54,351 nt of DNA from a virus. This document shows positions 18,578 through 26,525 of this stretch, one piece after another (the first letter of the stretch is position 1; each line of letters starts with the position of its first letter). The stretch lies in the IMG/VR virus record IMGVR_UViG_3300045988_082110, positions 1 through 54,351 of that record. One strand, written 5' to 3'. The notes under the pieces are model-generated. The model saw only the letters and a program-made list of their open reading frames with translations, was not told the origin of the DNA and ran no database searches. Both the position numbers and the translations under genes were made by a program.

Positions 18578-18999
18578 GTGCTCGAATTTAAGTTTGGTCG
18601 CATGATTTCGTAATAAGGTTCGCCTTTGGCTGACTTGCGTGGGATGCAAGTAAGGCGAACCATTCTGTTGAGAGGAAGGTTGTACTCATCAAGGATGGCG
18701 GTGATGGAAGGGTAGTCACTTCTGAAACCTACCTTCTTATACTTCTGGTTGAATTGAAGCTGAGCGAAGGCGGTGTTGGCTTTGCGAAGTTCTTCCCAGT
18801 CTTCACGCATGCAGAATCCGTATGTACCTCTGTCAGATAATCTGAACACGAAGATGGAATTGTCTGTTCTCTCCTTCTGCATGATGTGGTCATAGATGCC
18901 CTTGGAGAGCGTGACCGAGTTGGCTCTTCCGTCCAGTACCACAAAATCGTTGCGGTGCCTGAAACCATTGATTTTATCTATTAAATACTTGAATTTCAT
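18556..18999 (-). CDS. Hypothetical protein (147 aa), first gene of the late virion operon
   Basis: ORF track. The ATG lies only 4 nt after the -7 box, so the mRNA may be leaderless. Confidence 0.5.
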   Translation of the reverse strand: MKFKYLIDKINGFRHRNDFVVLDGRANSVTLSKGIYDHIMQKERTDNSIFVFRLSDRGTYGFCMREDWEELRKANTAFAQLQFNQKYKKVGFRSDYPSITAILDEYNLPLNRMVRLTCIPRKSAKGEPYYEIMRPNLNSSTWQQDKK

Positions 19000-19003
19000 G
19001 TTG

Positions 19004-19044
19004 CAAATATAATATGAAAAGTGATAAAATGGATATTATCCGTT
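19004..19044 (-). promoter_or_regulatory. Late-type promoter: AACGGATAA-N24-TATATTTG
   Basis: On the plus strand, TTATCCGTT is at 19036-19044, followed by 24 nt and CAAATATA at 19004-19011. Confidence 0.65.
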
Positions 19045-19299
19045 AACTTTGTCTTTCCGCTTGGGTCTACCCTTGCGGTTGCCATACTTGGTGATGATGG
19101 CGGTTGCACGCTCAGAGCGGTAACAGCCACATGATTTGGTTCGTCCGTCACGAAGAGCAGAACCTAGAACCGTACAACCCCTGCCACAATCACACTTGCA
19201 TATCCAGAACGCACCATGCTGGTGGTTCTCTTTATCAGATTTTCGGCAGACGAGTAATCTGCCGAAACGCTGTCCAGTAAGGTCTATCAACTTTCCCAT
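19036..19299 (-). CDS. Cys-rich zinc-ribbon-like protein
   Basis: MGKLIDLTGQRFGRLLV...WICKCDCG...SCGC pattern. I placed the start at ATG 19299, right after the upstream stop. Confidence 0.5.
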   Translation of the reverse strand: MGKLIDLTGQRFGRLLVCRKSDKENHQHGAFWICKCDCGRGCTVLGSALRDGRTKSCGCYRSERATAIITKYGNRKGRPKRKDKVNG

Positions 19300-19300
19300 A

Positions 19301-19597
19301 CTACTTCTCTGCCAGTTTCTTTGCCTCTTCAACTGATACTGGCTTTCCGCTAAGAGGAATGCGGAAGTCGAACTTTGAACGGAAACCATAATAGCCTACG
19401 AAATCGAAGCTCTGTTTCATACGCTCATCTGTGGTGATGTACTTCTTGTAAGCCTTCACCTCCTTCTCTGAGCGGTAGATGGTAGAGTTAACGAAGTAGG
19501 AACTGGTTCCCTTGTTAGCGATTACTGCGATAAAGAACTGCTTACCAAGGAATTTTTCCTTGATACGCTGAATGATTGAGATTTTCTTTGTATTCAT
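19301..19597 (-). CDS. Hypothetical protein (98 aa)
   Basis: ORF track, same-strand early array. Confidence 0.45.
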   Translation of the reverse strand: MNTKKISIIQRIKEKFLGKQFFIAVIANKGTSSYFVNSTIYRSEKEVKAYKKYITTDERMKQSFDFVGYYGFRSKFDFRIPLSGKPVSVEEAKKLAEK

Positions 19598-19648
19598 ATA
19601 TTAAATTTGATTAATTATTAAGAAGAATGCAGATAGGCTGCATTCTTT

Positions 19649-19843
19649 TTAATATTCTATTCCACAAGATACGATACCATCTTCTTTGTTGATACCTCGG
19701 AAGTGTTTGCATCGCTGGCAAGCAAGGCTACCGACCATCAGGATTTCGTGGGTATACTTGCCTGATATGCCGAATGGGCAGGGAGTGATGTACTCGAAGT
19801 GACCATTGACAAATTCGTTGAGGGTATATTTTGGATATTTCAT
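19649..19843 (-). CDS. Small Cys-containing hypothetical protein (64 aa)
   Basis: ORF track. Its start overlaps the stop of the ThyX-like gene by 1 nt. Confidence 0.45.
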   Translation of the reverse strand: MKYPKYTLNEFVNGHFEYITPCPFGISGKYTHEILMVGSLACQRCKHFRGINKEDGIVSCGIEY

Positions 19844-20412
19844 TATTTGTCAGTATATAATTTAAGATTTTTGTAGAATCTTCTCATGAAACAAAATGTA
19901 CTTCTCTTAGTTCTGCCACATGATTTTGACTCAGGGCAGAATCCTCTGTATACGCATTGAGGAACACAAGCAGATGCAAGCAAAGGTTCGATACAAGCCA
20001 ACTTATCAAGTACCTTATACCACACCTCTCTTGTCTCCTCGGATGCCTTGTTGCAGAGTCTCAGCTTGGAGATATTGATAATCTCCTGAGCGTTGAGGGA
20101 TAGCTGCAAGTTGACCAAATCATCCTGCCGCATATCGTGACGAGATACCTTGGAGCCAGTAATATCTGGTCTAGATGTGGAGACGAATGGCTGTGCATGA
20201 ACATGGCGAACAAAATGGTTGCTCACCCAGTATGGTATGCCATACATTTTAATATCGAACTCCAATTCTCTGAGCGGTGAATGCTCGCTGAGAATCATCT
20301 GTTTCTTGAACTCATCGCTAGGCTCATGCCCCAGCGGTTCCTTGCCTTGTGTGAACCGAGCAGCATCCACTACACGCTGCCAGTCCGTTACTCTTTTGAT
20401 TTCTATTTTCAT
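19843..20412 (-). CDS. ThyX-like (flavin-dependent thymidylate synthase fold) protein with a degenerate RHR motif
   Basis: SEHSPLRELEFDIKMYGIPYWVSNHFVRHVHAQPFVSTSRPD parallels the ThyX pattern H.S.lE...F.i.g.s....q..RHR..s...S.R. It is only 189 aa. Confidence 0.5.
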   Translation of the reverse strand: MKIEIKRVTDWQRVVDAARFTQGKEPLGHEPSDEFKKQMILSEHSPLRELEFDIKMYGIPYWVSNHFVRHVHAQPFVSTSRPDITGSKVSRHDMRQDDLVNLQLSLNAQEIINISKLRLCNKASEETREVWYKVLDKLACIEPLLASACVPQCVYRGFCPESKSCGRTKRSTFCFMRRFYKNLKLYTDK

Positions 20413-20498
20413 ACGCTATAAATTCTTTAACTTGCCAATTATTCTAGCAAAGCGTGGTATATTTTTTGAGTATTCACTTAAACGATACTCTTTCGTCA

Positions 20499-20621
20499 TT
20501 AAGTTGTATATCCATTGCAGAACATCTTAATAAGTGCTGTCGTAACTACAAGAATACCTCCTATAGCAGCCATTATAAACAGTAAACTTCCCACTATCTT
20601 ATCTTTCTTTTCTTCTTCCAT
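20499..20621 (-). CDS. Possible 40-aa single-TM peptide
   Basis: Hand translation gives MEEEKKDKIVGSLLFIMAAIGGILVVTTALIKMFCNGYTT. It is below the ORF-track cutoff. Confidence 0.3.
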   Translation of the reverse strand: MEEEKKDKIVGSLLFIMAAIGGILVVTTALIKMFCNGYTT

Positions 20622-20667
20622 ATTCTCTTCTTTTTACCCTCTCCCTTTTACAGGAGAGGGTGGTTAG

Positions 20668-20940
20668 TTACTTAGATGGCTCAGTATATGATACTGGTTC
20701 CCATACATCGTAAGCTGTCAGCAAAACTGGAGCGATAACAGATGGGGCGAAGATGATAGATGCTACAACATCTGGAGCATTCAACTCGTAGTTAACACCT
20801 TCTACTTTGTTTTCCTTACTAGCCCAGCCATAAGGCTTTGCTGTAATCGTAGAGCCATCTTTCTTTTTAAAAGTCTTCTCGCTAGAGCAAGAAGCGAACA
20901 AACTTGCAACGACTAAGGCTGCTAAAATAATCTTTTTCAT
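20668..20940 (-). CDS. Lipoprotein (90 aa), possible superinfection-exclusion type
   Basis: Signal peptide with a lipobox, LFASC. Confidence 0.55.
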   Translation of the reverse strand: MKKIILAALVVASLFASCSSEKTFKKKDGSTITAKPYGWASKENKVEGVNYELNAPDVVASIIFAPSVIAPVLLTAYDVWEPVSYTEPSK

Positions 20941-20977
20941 ATTACTTCTATTTATATCCTTTGCGGATGGTTAGTTA

Positions 20978-21193
20978 CTAAATCTCATCAAACTCTTTCT
21001 GAAATCTCTGTTTTGTTTCATTCAGAAGCTGCTTGAATTTTGTTTTAAACTCTTCATCACACTCTGAAAGCCCACAAATAGCATCAGCAAGACTACTACG
21101 CATTGATTTTGGAGACAAATTTAAGAGTTCATTTACTTTAGGAATTAAACTCTTGGCTAAGATATTTGCTCTTTCTAATTTTTCTGTATTCAT
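20978..21193 (-). CDS. Hypothetical protein (71 aa)
   Basis: ORF track, early small-gene array. Confidence 0.45.
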   Translation of the reverse strand: MNTEKLERANILAKSLIPKVNELLNLSPKSMRSSLADAICGLSECDEEFKTKFKQLLNETKQRFQKEFDEI

Positions 21194-21228
21194 GTTACTT
21201 TTTATTTATATCCATTACAGGATGGTTA

Positions 21229-21558
21229 TTACTCTACTACTTTCTCAAGGGAAAAATAATCAATTCCCCAAGCTTGGCATTCGTATAGATAAGGTTCTCC
21301 GTTTTTCTTTATTTTTCGGATAAAAAAATGAACCTTGACTTCATTCTTGCCAAGAGACATGGCACTTTTTAGTTGTCCTATGATAAAGATATTGCCATCT
21401 TTATCTTTTACCTTGTCACCTTTCTGAAAAGGTAACAAACTAAGGAAGTCGTTCATTATACCATTCCGCTTTTTGCGAAGCTCTGATATTTGTGAATCCA
21501 TCATCTTTAAACGACCTTCTACATTTTGTAATTTGTTGTATAATTCTATTTCTGTCAT
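21229..21558 (-). CDS. Hypothetical protein (109 aa)
   Basis: ORF track, early small-gene array. Confidence 0.45.
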   Translation of the reverse strand: MTEIELYNKLQNVEGRLKMMDSQISELRKKRNGIMNDFLSLLPFQKGDKVKDKDGNIFIIGQLKSAMSLGKNEVKVHFFIRKIKKNGEPYLYECQAWGIDYFSLEKVVE

Positions 21559-21584
21559 ATTTTTAAATTTGTGCCTGAAGGCGG

Positions 21585-21698
21585 TTAAACTTCTTCTCTT
21601 TTAAGACAAGCTTCGGGAGTATATTCCGACCAGATACAAGTCCCACCTCTTGCCTTGCACCATCCATTATTTGTTTGGTGCTTACATTTCTTTTTCAT
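21585..21698 (-). CDS. Small Cys-rich peptide (37 aa)
   Basis: The internal ATG (MKKKCKHQTNNGWCKARGGTC) avoids overlap with 21727..21960. Confidence 0.35.
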   Translation of the reverse strand: MKKKCKHQTNNGWCKARGGTCIWSEYTPEACLKREEV

Positions 21699-21726
21699 AC
21701 GATTTGTTTCTTGTGCCCGAAGGCTG

Positions 21727-21960
21727 TTAATCACCATATTTATATAATTCTTCACCACTTGAATCATACCCACAACAAGGACATACCCACCCCCGAATTA
21801 CAACGGACTTTTTACACTTAGGGCATAAGCCTCTGACTCTATTAAACGTTTCTAAAGCATATTGGCAAGCTTTCAAATACTCTAATTCGTCTTTGTCAGC
21901 TTGATTATCAATAAGTGCCTTATATTCATCCTTATTTAAAACTACTACTTCTAATGACAT
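21727..21960 (-). CDS. Zinc-ribbon protein (77 aa)
   Basis: CPKC...CPCC pairs. Confidence 0.5.
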   Translation of the reverse strand: MSLEVVVLNKDEYKALIDNQADKDELEYLKACQYALETFNRVRGLCPKCKKSVVIRGWVCPCCGYDSSGEELYKYGD

Positions 21961-21962
21961 AT

Positions 21963-22364
21963 TTACACCTCCATTTCTGAGTTAAGTCTTAGACCGAAGA
22001 GAATGTGCTGTAACTGATGAACAAAGTTAATACTAGCAAGATTGTGTCTGTCTAGACCTACGCACACCAAGAACTCACCCAAAGTTATTATATCTTTTGT
22101 TATATACAGATAAGCTCTTTTTGTTGGCAATTTATACCAGTCATAGCCATCGTTCTTCCATCCGTTCTTCTCTAGAATCTCTGGAGTGAGAGGGATAGGA
22201 ACAATATTATCCTTATCAGCATATTGAATTTCTCCATTTGGGAACTTGATTTGGTATGAGAGTACTTCATTTTCGTTTTCCGTACCAATTACCTCAACGA
22301 TATATTTCTTTATACCTACATATACAGAGATAAAATCTCCTGGAATGTATTCTAGCTTATCCAT
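21963..22364 (-). CDS. Hypothetical protein, paralogue A (133 aa)
   Basis: It shares EILEKNGW, WYK and the C-terminal QLQHILFGLRLNS with 22535..22957. Confidence 0.55.
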   Translation of the reverse strand: MDKLEYIPGDFISVYVGIKKYIVEVIGTENENEVLSYQIKFPNGEIQYADKDNIVPIPLTPEILEKNGWKNDGYDWYKLPTKRAYLYITKDIITLGEFLVCVGLDRHNLASINFVHQLQHILFGLRLNSEMEV

Positions 22365-22377
22365 ACGCTTTACTTCA

Positions 22378-22530
22378 TTAACCTAAGTTCTTTCTAGCCC
22401 AAGCTTCTGCCTTTGGCTTAGTCTTGAACTGTTTGTTTTTTACTTCATGCCAAACTCCATAAGGAGCTGTCTTATACTCGATGAGAAGCAAACCTTTCTC
22501 TATCTTGACTATTCTATATTCAAAATACAT
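22378..22530 (-). CDS. Possible 50-aa protein
   Basis: Hand translation gives MYFEYRIVKIEKGLLLIEYKTAPYGVWHEVKNKQFKTKPKAEAWARKNLG. It fills the gap between the paralogues. Confidence 0.35.
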   Translation of the reverse strand: MYFEYRIVKIEKGLLLIEYKTAPYGVWHEVKNKQFKTKPKAEAWARKNLG

Positions 22531-22534
22531 ACGC

Positions 22535-22957
22535 TTATATTTTTAAATTGCTATCTAATTGCAAGCCAAAAAGAATATGTTGGAGTTCATCTACACATTT
22601 TATCATAACAGTATCGTCTTTTCCGTCATTGAAAGATACTCCGATAATTCCCAAGAAATTATTATATCGCAAAGTGAAAGGGTATTCTTGGTGTTTATAC
22701 CACCTACGCCCAAAACATTCTCCTTCAGAGCGATAACATGTCCATCCATTCTTTTTAAGAAACTCTTCCCAAATATGAACGTGCATAATATCATTTTGAC
22801 AAATTTTGCCCAAGCTTTGCCCATCAATAACTTTCAAGTCGTAAGAATAATCTATATTGAACGGATAGATGCTACAGACAATACAAATAAATCCGTGACT
22901 ATAAACTATATCACCCACCATATAACGAGGTGGTTTCCTAAATTCTTTCTGTGCCAT
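22535..22957 (-). CDS. Hypothetical protein, paralogue B (140 aa)
   Basis: FLKKNGW, WYKH and ELQHILFGLQLDS. The upstream junction GTAAAGCGTATGG is the same as for paralogue A. Confidence 0.55.
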   Translation of the reverse strand: MAQKEFRKPPRYMVGDIVYSHGFICIVCSIYPFNIDYSYDLKVIDGQSLGKICQNDIMHVHIWEEFLKKNGWTCYRSEGECFGRRWYKHQEYPFTLRYNNFLGIIGVSFNDGKDDTVMIKCVDELQHILFGLQLDSNLKI

Positions 22958-22962
22958 ACGCT

Positions 22963-23247
22963 TTACTTTTCAAGTTTCTCAATCAATGCCTTAATCTCAT
23001 TATATGCAAGAATATCTGTACTTCTACAGATGTTACCAATATTCTTCAAATCCATGATTATCTCATGATTTGTAGGCACACCATGCTTCTTTCTTATCCA
23101 TTCGATGAACTCGGGAATTACAATATTAGTGCTTTCCAATGTCTTACCTACTCTGCCATTGTATGACAGAAGGTAGTAGTTCTTTCTTGTTAAGAACCAC
23201 CACAAAGCAACTATCCTATATTTGATACTTAATAATTTCTGTTTCAT
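22963..23247 (-). CDS. Hypothetical protein (94 aa)
   Basis: ORF track. It has an ATGA overlap with the upstream gene. Confidence 0.45.
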   Translation of the reverse strand: MKQKLLSIKYRIVALWWFLTRKNYYLLSYNGRVGKTLESTNIVIPEFIEWIRKKHGVPTNHEIIMDLKNIGNICRSTDILAYNEIKALIEKLEK

Positions 23248-23567
23248 TCTTTGCCTTTTACAATATTGTACACTTGTTTTAACTCATCTGTTGATAAGCG
23301 TTTGAAATCAAAAGACATGATAGCGTAGATGAGTTTCTTGCGAAAATTCTCTTCTTTAATATCTGATATATCCTTTTCTGTTGGAACAGATATTTTTCTA
23401 TTATTCCATATATCGCTACCACATTTCCAGCCAGAATCTCTTCTAAATCTAGCGTTATCAACAACAATTTTAGTCTTTGTCACTTTATCAACCTTGGCGA
23501 TACGTTTGTAAGACATACCTGTAACTAGTACTTCATCACCAACAACCAAATCTTTAAGTTCTTTCAT
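23244..23567 (-). CDS. Hypothetical protein (about 107 aa)
   Basis: The start MKELKDL is preceded by AAAGGAGGAAGCA. Confidence 0.45.
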   Translation of the reverse strand: MKELKDLVVGDEVLVTGMSYKRIAKVDKVTKTKIVVDNARFRRDSGWKCGSDIWNNRKISVPTEKDISDIKEENFRKKLIYAIMSFDFKRLSTDELKQVYNIVKGKE

Positions 23568-23790
23568 TGCTTCCTCCTTTCTTTTTAGGAACGTACTCAT
23601 CTAACTCATCGTCAAACTCATAGCAGTCTGGGCAGTAGTGCTTATCACCTATTTCTGCCCATTCGCTTTCCATTGCTTGCTCTTTTGCAGTTCCTTCGTC
23701 CAACCAAGCCACAATGCCATTAAATTCATCAATAAATGGTTTCCCGCATCTATCACAAACGACAGAGTACATAGTAACTGACTTAATCAT
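23554..23790 (-). CDS. Zinc-ribbon protein (78 aa)
   Basis: Start MIKSVTMYSVVCDRCGKPF ... HYCPDCYEF, with a GGAAGGAGG upstream. Confidence 0.5.
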   Translation of the reverse strand: MIKSVTMYSVVCDRCGKPFIDEFNGIVAWLDEGTAKEQAMESEWAEIGDKHYCPDCYEFDDELDEYVPKKKGGSNERT

Positions 23791-24160
23791 GGTTGCCTCC
23801 TTCCTTTGGGAATAAATCGAGGACATAAGCCCAGCATTTCCAGCCCATACCATCTTTACCATAATTGGAAAGCATTTCATAAACAAAAGATATTTTAAAT
23901 ATATCAATTTTGCCACTATTGTATACTACTAAGCATTTTCCATTTCGTAGTATAGGCTTTTCACTAGCAGGATGCCACAAGTCATTAAGCAATTCACAGA
24001 TTGCCCACTTGGCACCAGCTTTAAAAGCACATTCACTTATTGCTGATTCTGCATAGCGTTCTGCAAATGTCCGCTTTGGAATGTGCTTCTTCTCCAATTC
24101 ATTTTCAACTTTCTCGTTGTACTCTTCGGCAGCAGCATCTATTTTCTTATCGTCCACCAT
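23783..24160 (-). CDS. Hypothetical protein (about 125 aa)
   Basis: The start MVDDKKIDAAAEE lies right after the upstream stop. Confidence 0.45.
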   Translation of the reverse strand: MVDDKKIDAAAEEYNEKVENELEKKHIPKRTFAERYAESAISECAFKAGAKWAICELLNDLWHPASEKPILRNGKCLVVYNSGKIDIFKISFVYEMLSNYGKDGMGWKCWAYVLDLFPKEGGNHD

Positions 24161-24162
24161 AA

Positions 24163-24372
24163 TTACTTCACTCTTTTGAATTGAACACTCTTTCCGTCTT
24201 TTCTGTCGATTCCGACACACTTGAAATTTCCGCAAACTTTTTCATAAATGTCGGTACATATCTCATCGAAAAAACAACCATTGCATTGTTCTTTCTCGGT
24301 CTCTACCACCTTCAAGATGATTTCTGACCCAATAGGTAAATCTTCCATAACTAATTCCTCATTATGTGACAC
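24163..24372 (-). CDS. Hypothetical protein (69 aa; alternative start 24348)
   Basis: ORF track. Confidence 0.4.
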   Translation of the reverse strand: MSHNEELVMEDLPIGSEIILKVVETEKEQCNGCFFDEICTDIYEKVCGNFKCVGIDRKDGKSVQFKRVK

Positions 24373-24551
24373 TTTACAACCTTGTTTACTGCAAGAGGTT
24401 GCGAATTATTGAAATTCTCTATAAACTGACGTTCCATCTGTTCAGGGAAGATGGGCTTGGTAGGCTTTGGAATGGTGATGGTAGCTTGGATTTTGCTACC
24501 ATCACTCAACGTCAATAAACATCTTCTTTGAATCTGTTCTATTCCAAACAT
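24351..24551 (-). CDS. Hypothetical protein (66 aa)
   Basis: ORF track. Confidence 0.4.
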   Translation of the reverse strand: MFGIEQIQRRCLLTLSDGSKIQATITIPKPTKPIFPEQMERQFIENFNNSQPLAVNKVVKCHIMRN

Positions 24552-24563
24552 AATTTTGTCCTC

Positions 24564-25166
24564 CTAATATTTGCATCCGTGTAGGTACGGACGAGATTCG
24601 TTATACTGCATTTTCAACTTGATATGCTCCATCAGGTCGATATTGTTGTTCTGTGCTAGGGCGAAAACCTGCATGAGTGTCTTCTGGATAATCTTTGAGA
24701 TATACCAATATGGCGAGTTGTTGTCAGTAAACGAGCATAGGAAACTGATGATATGGTAGAAATCTTTAGCTATGCCACACTTGTATTTAATCTTTGCGAT
24801 TCCATACTCTTCTTTGAGATAAGAGTCGCTTTGAAATTCTGTTGGTCTTTTGGTGTCCATCCATCCCAAGAGTGATAAGATTCGGATGCCAACGTCAGCG
24901 AACTCGGATTCTACCGTTCCTTCAAGAGTGTTCTTGTAGGCAGTAAGAATATCTCTGCCCATCTGAATCTCGCTCTCATAGTCTTCGATACTTCCGTGTC
25001 GGTTGTGTCTGTCTGCCTGAACAGCTTCTGCCATTTCTGTGATAATGAGCATCAGAGCGGTTGTTATATCTGTGTTGTCAGGATAGAAACCATGTCTTTG
25101 TGCATTCAGGTAAGCATCGTTTGCCAAGACAACCAGCTTCTTCTGTGTAATAATTTCTTTTTTCAT
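24564..25166 (-). CDS. MazG-like all-alpha nucleoside triphosphate pyrophosphohydrolase
   Basis: ALMLIITEMAEAVQADRHNRH (an E..E..E/D helix) is typical of MazG/HisE-type NTP-PPases. Confidence 0.5.
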   Translation of the reverse strand: MKKEIITQKKLVVLANDAYLNAQRHGFYPDNTDITTALMLIITEMAEAVQADRHNRHGSIEDYESEIQMGRDILTAYKNTLEGTVESEFADVGIRILSLLGWMDTKRPTEFQSDSYLKEEYGIAKIKYKCGIAKDFYHIISFLCSFTDNNSPYWYISKIIQKTLMQVFALAQNNNIDLMEHIKLKMQYNESRPYLHGCKY

Positions 25167-25178
25167 ATTGTTCTTGAT

Positions 25179-25394
25179 TTATAATTTTCTGATAGTTAAT
25201 GCCATATCGTTGAGGGTTCGGCACCATTTTATTTTGCCTTCTTCACACAACTCATTGATGGCTTGATATGGCTGGTGGCATCCTCGGTTGATGATTTCGG
25301 CTGTTAGGACGTGGGGCGGCACGATGTGGGCAGCTTCACGCTCTTCCTGAATCTCAGCGATGATGGCTAGGATTTTTTCTTTCTCTGTCTTCAT
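25179..25394 (-). CDS. Hypothetical protein (71 aa)
   Basis: ORF track. Confidence 0.4.
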   Translation of the reverse strand: MKTEKEKILAIIAEIQEEREAAHIVPPHVLTAEIINRGCHQPYQAINELCEEGKIKWCRTLNDMALTIRKL

Positions 25395-25608
25395 TTGGCG
25401 AAGGTAAGAATGAGACGTGTGTGACTTCGGACTGGAACATTAATTGTTCCAACATTCCGTTTAGGTCTTTCTGATACCACAAGCCATCGTGCATCGTGCC
25501 GATGATTGGTTTTCCTTTGTACCATAGCACCATTTCCTTATCGGTAAACATGGTTTTGTGCGCTTTACTGATGCGCTTTCCTATCTTGATATATCCAAAA
25601 ATATCCAT
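25354..25608 (-). CDS. Hypothetical protein (84 aa)
   Basis: ORF track. Confidence 0.4.
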   Translation of the reverse strand: MDIFGYIKIGKRISKAHKTMFTDKEMVLWYKGKPIIGTMHDGLWYQKDLNGMLEQLMFQSEVTHVSFLPSPNEDRERKNPSHHR

Positions 25609-25611
25609 AAG

Positions 25612-26064
25612 CTAGAAGAGTGATAGCTGACCAGTCTTGTCGTGGTAGTGATTTCCTGAGGGGAATATCAGTTCCTCGAACATGGCGGTCAGGCAGTTGG
25701 TTACTATTGAGTTTCCTGCAAGGGCATATAGTTTGCTTTTGCTGATGATGAGTTGACCAGACTTCTCCTTGCTCAGGAGTTTGTCTATGTCAGCTTCGTG
25801 TACTCCCATCAGTCGGAAACAATCTCTTGGAGTGTACTTTCTGATTTGGATGGAGTATTTCTTTCCGTTTGGAGCGGTGTGAATGATTTCTTTGTTCATG
25901 ATTGTTACGAATGTCATGTTTGCTGTATCTATGGTTGTCTTGATGGTAGGGGAGATACTTTGCATTACAGCTTGGTTGTAGATGTCGAGAACTTGACCGC
26001 CTAAATCAGGCTTCACCTTCCCTGATAGGAGCAGGGATTTCATTCTCTTTCCTCCTGTTATCAT
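25612..26064 (-). CDS. C5-cytosine DNA methyltransferase fragment 5: TRD-like unit plus motifs IX and X
   Basis: SISPTIKTT, then YTPRDCFRLMGV (motif IX) and LAGNSIVTNCL (motif X). An internal ATG at 26043 has GGAGG upstream. Confidence 0.8.
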   Translation of the reverse strand: MITGGKRMKSLLLSGKVKPDLGGQVLDIYNQAVMQSISPTIKTTIDTANMTFVTIMNKEIIHTAPNGKKYSIQIRKYTPRDCFRLMGVHEADIDKLLSKEKSGQLIISKSKLYALAGNSIVTNCLTAMFEELIFPSGNHYHDKTGQLSLF

Positions 26065-26222
26065 ATCTCTTTGACGATTAAGAATAGTGGAATGCAGTTA
26101 CCTCCGTGACCCATAGCTGAATTGAGAGTAGGAGAGATTCCCTTGGTGGAGTAGACTCTGGTCTGCTGCTCTATTCTGCCTTTGATTTGGAGGTTTGCTA
26201 GCTTTATAATTTTGTCGCACAT
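26061..26222 (-). CDS. C5-methyltransferase fragment 4 (TRD-like, 53 aa)
   Basis: Hand translation gives MCDKIIKLANLQIKGRIEQQTRVYSTKGISPTLNSAMGHGGNCIPLFLIVKEI. It has a TAATG overlap upstream and an ATGA overlap downstream. Confidence 0.6.
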   Translation of the reverse strand: MCDKIIKLANLQIKGRIEQQTRVYSTKGISPTLNSAMGHGGNCIPLFLIVKEI

Positions 26223-26413
26223 TATAATTTCTTTATGATTAAAACTGCATTGGCTGCTCTGCCATCGTTATGTATATAGTTAGCAAAACCAGCCTTATAA
26301 TAACTTGTACGGATTGTTCTACTTAAACCATCTACGTCTGAGTTGATGAGCAGTTTTCTGCTTGTAACTTTTTGATTATCAATACCCCCCCTTAGGGAAA
26401 TGGTCAACACCAA
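26222..26413 (-). CDS. C5-methyltransferase fragment 3 (TRD-like, 63 aa, TTG start in the track)
   Basis: Contains DVDGLSRTIRTSYYKAGFANYIH. Confidence 0.5.
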   Translation of the reverse strand: MVLTISLRGGIDNQKVTSRKLLINSDVDGLSRTIRTSYYKAGFANYIHNDGRAANAVLIIKKL

Positions 26414-26525
26414 GAAGATTGGCTATGCTGATTCCTGCACCAAATGATGATGTGATGGTCGGGGAGCATCCATCAGCAGTTTTCGGTATTGCTATCTTCG
26501 GGGTAGAGTTTTTCGATTGATTCAT
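26379..26525 (-). CDS. C5-methyltransferase fragment 2 (TRD-like, 48 aa)
   Basis: Hand translation gives MNQSKNSTPKIAIPKTADGCSPTITSSFGAGISIANLLGVDHFPKGGY. It ends just after a G7 run (C7 at 26385-26391 on the plus strand). Confidence 0.45.
   Translation of the reverse strand: MNQSKNSTPKIAIPKTADGCSPTITSSFGAGISIANLLGVDHFPKGGY

Noticed and set aside
26379-26413. Quadruplet decoding of AUAG (26424-26427, minus strand) by the odd tRNA, to join methyltransferase fragments 2 and 3
   Set aside because: Reading ATA-G as four bases would bypass the TAG that closes the next frame. However, the loop UUUAUGAG does not offer a clean complementary 4-nt anticodon, and a one-base change in the adjacent G7 run explains the break more simply. 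This is noted only as a testable idea.
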